From assembly GCA_013239625.1 (NCBI GenBank), contig MU053934.1:4234399-4298398 (forward strand): a stretch of 64,000 bases of DNA, given 5' to 3'. This DNA comes from Lama guanicoe (Eukaryota). This document shows positions 62,701-64,000 of the stretch, piece by piece. The notes beneath the pieces were generated by a model that saw only the letters and a program-made list of their open reading frames with translations, was not told where the DNA came from and made no database searches. Each line of letters opens with the position of its first letter. Position 1 is the first letter of the stretch. The translations under genes and the position numbers were made by a program.

Positions 62701-64000
62701 AAGCCTCACCAAGGACATTGCTCACAATACAAATGGGTAAACTGAGGCCCACGTGGTCAGGCCGCTGCTCAAGGTCACGCGCCTAGCATGCACTGGAGCA
62801 GCATTTGAGCTCAGCAACAGCTGACTGGACCCAGACTATGGATGGAGGGAACTAGACATTTTGACCCAACCTCTAGTTATATTATGACCACCTGCCTGTC
62901 ACTTTTCACCCCCAACCTCCTGAAGGAGTAGAGATCATACCCTTTGCTCACCCCTATAAAAAATATCTCAGAGGGTAGCAAAAGTTCCCGCCTCTGAACC
63001 CTTGGGCACACAGAACATCAAGAAGACCCCTCTCCCACTGCAGTCTGCATTAGCATGGCAAAACCCTGGTGGGCATGCAGGCACTGGCAGGAACCAGCAG
63101 GCAGGGAGTGGGCTATGGTGTGGGGGTGGTGGAGGAAACTTTCACTTTCCCCTGTCAAAAATGCCTATATATATTTTGTTGCAAATTAACTCTGCAATTA
63201 AAAACTTTTTAAAAATTCTACCATCCTTCACAATCCATCTCCATCTCCAATTTTCCATGAGGCATTTCCTGATCAGCATGGGTTCCCAGGGCTCGAAGGT
63301 GGGGATGCAGGAGAGGAGCTGTGGCTGATGGGAGCACCCACCAAGGCCACACCCAGGCTTGTCTCCCTTCCAAGCCTGCATTCTTGACTTGAAGGGAAGG
63401 CTCACATTGGGACTCGACCACCATGGCTGCCAAGTGGTCTCTGCATCATGGTGGGGAGAGACCAGAACATGTCTCAGGAGGCAATAGTTCTTGGAGGCCC
63501 TTTCTGGCCGCTGGGACCCTCCCCAGTGGTCCATGGGGGCACATGTTCTACACACTCCACCCCATCCCCAGCCTCAGGGTAATGCCTGCCCAGCTTACCC
63601 GATCTCTGGGAGTCAAGGATTACCTGAGTTGTAAAATAGGAACAAAGCAGGTGCCGCCTCTGCACATGACGAACCCACAGAGCTGTATCTGTGTGGATGT
63701 GAGTTAGTACTCGCCGGAGCAGTGACCTGGAAACCCGCCAGGCAGCACAGCTTGAAGGAAGCATCTCTCTGCTGGAGAGGTGGGCCAGGACCTCTGAAGG
63801 CAAAGGCAGGCAGTAGGGGGTCCAGGAAGCCCTGCTGGTGCACAAAGCATCAGGACTCCTGGTGCATCTACATGTGTCCTGTGAGGACAGAGCACATGCA
63901 TAACATCCTGAGACAGGACAGAGGAGGCCAAGAGAGGGGGCTGCTGCCAAGAGCAGCAGAACCACTGTGGCTTGGGCACCAAATGGCGCCACCTTTATGT

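Noticed and set aside
63976..63990. CTCF/YY1-like GCACCAAATGGCGCC
   Set aside because: It has a mismatch at a key core position and sits at the window edge, so context cannot be assessed.
1..64000. CRISPR arrays, operons, rRNA or other prokaryotic-type systems
   Set aside because: The sequence is clearly mammalian (spliceosomal introns, MIR/L2/L1/MaLR repeats), and no regularly spaced repeat-spacer structure was seen.

Overview
Mammalian genomic DNA, most likely a camelid, judged from a tRNA-Ala-derived vic-1-like SINE and a camelid/cetartiodactyl-type L1 3' tail. It is syntenic to the SUN2-DNAL4-NPTXR-(CBX6) block. Two complete minus-strand genes are present. DNAL4 is an intact 105-aa dynein axonemal light chain 4, CDS join(26748..26680, 25023..24940, 23647..23483), with a CpG-island promoter near 34.2 kb. 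NPTXR (neuronal pentraxin receptor) is CUG-initiated, has five coding exons from 62173 to 45457 and a ~4 kb 3'UTR. The CpG-rich left edge is probably the SUN2 promoter. The main anomaly is an 85-bp tandem duplication inside NPTXR exon 1 (61916-62085) that frameshifts the gene to a premature stop in exon 2, while exons 2-5 are intact. This is either a recent loss-of-function allele or an assembly mis-join in very GC-rich DNA. Other notable signals are a near-consensus REST site in NPTXR intron 3, an RFX/NF-Y/CRE cluster in the NPTXR 3'UTR, a nested AT-rich hairpin and a tiny L1 insertion with target-site duplications. The rest is ordinary MIR/L2/L1/LTR-rich intronic and intergenic DNA, and most ORFs in the track are spurious. 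I see no evidence for a novel multi-gene system. Orthologue sequences and repeat family names are from recall, not from searches.
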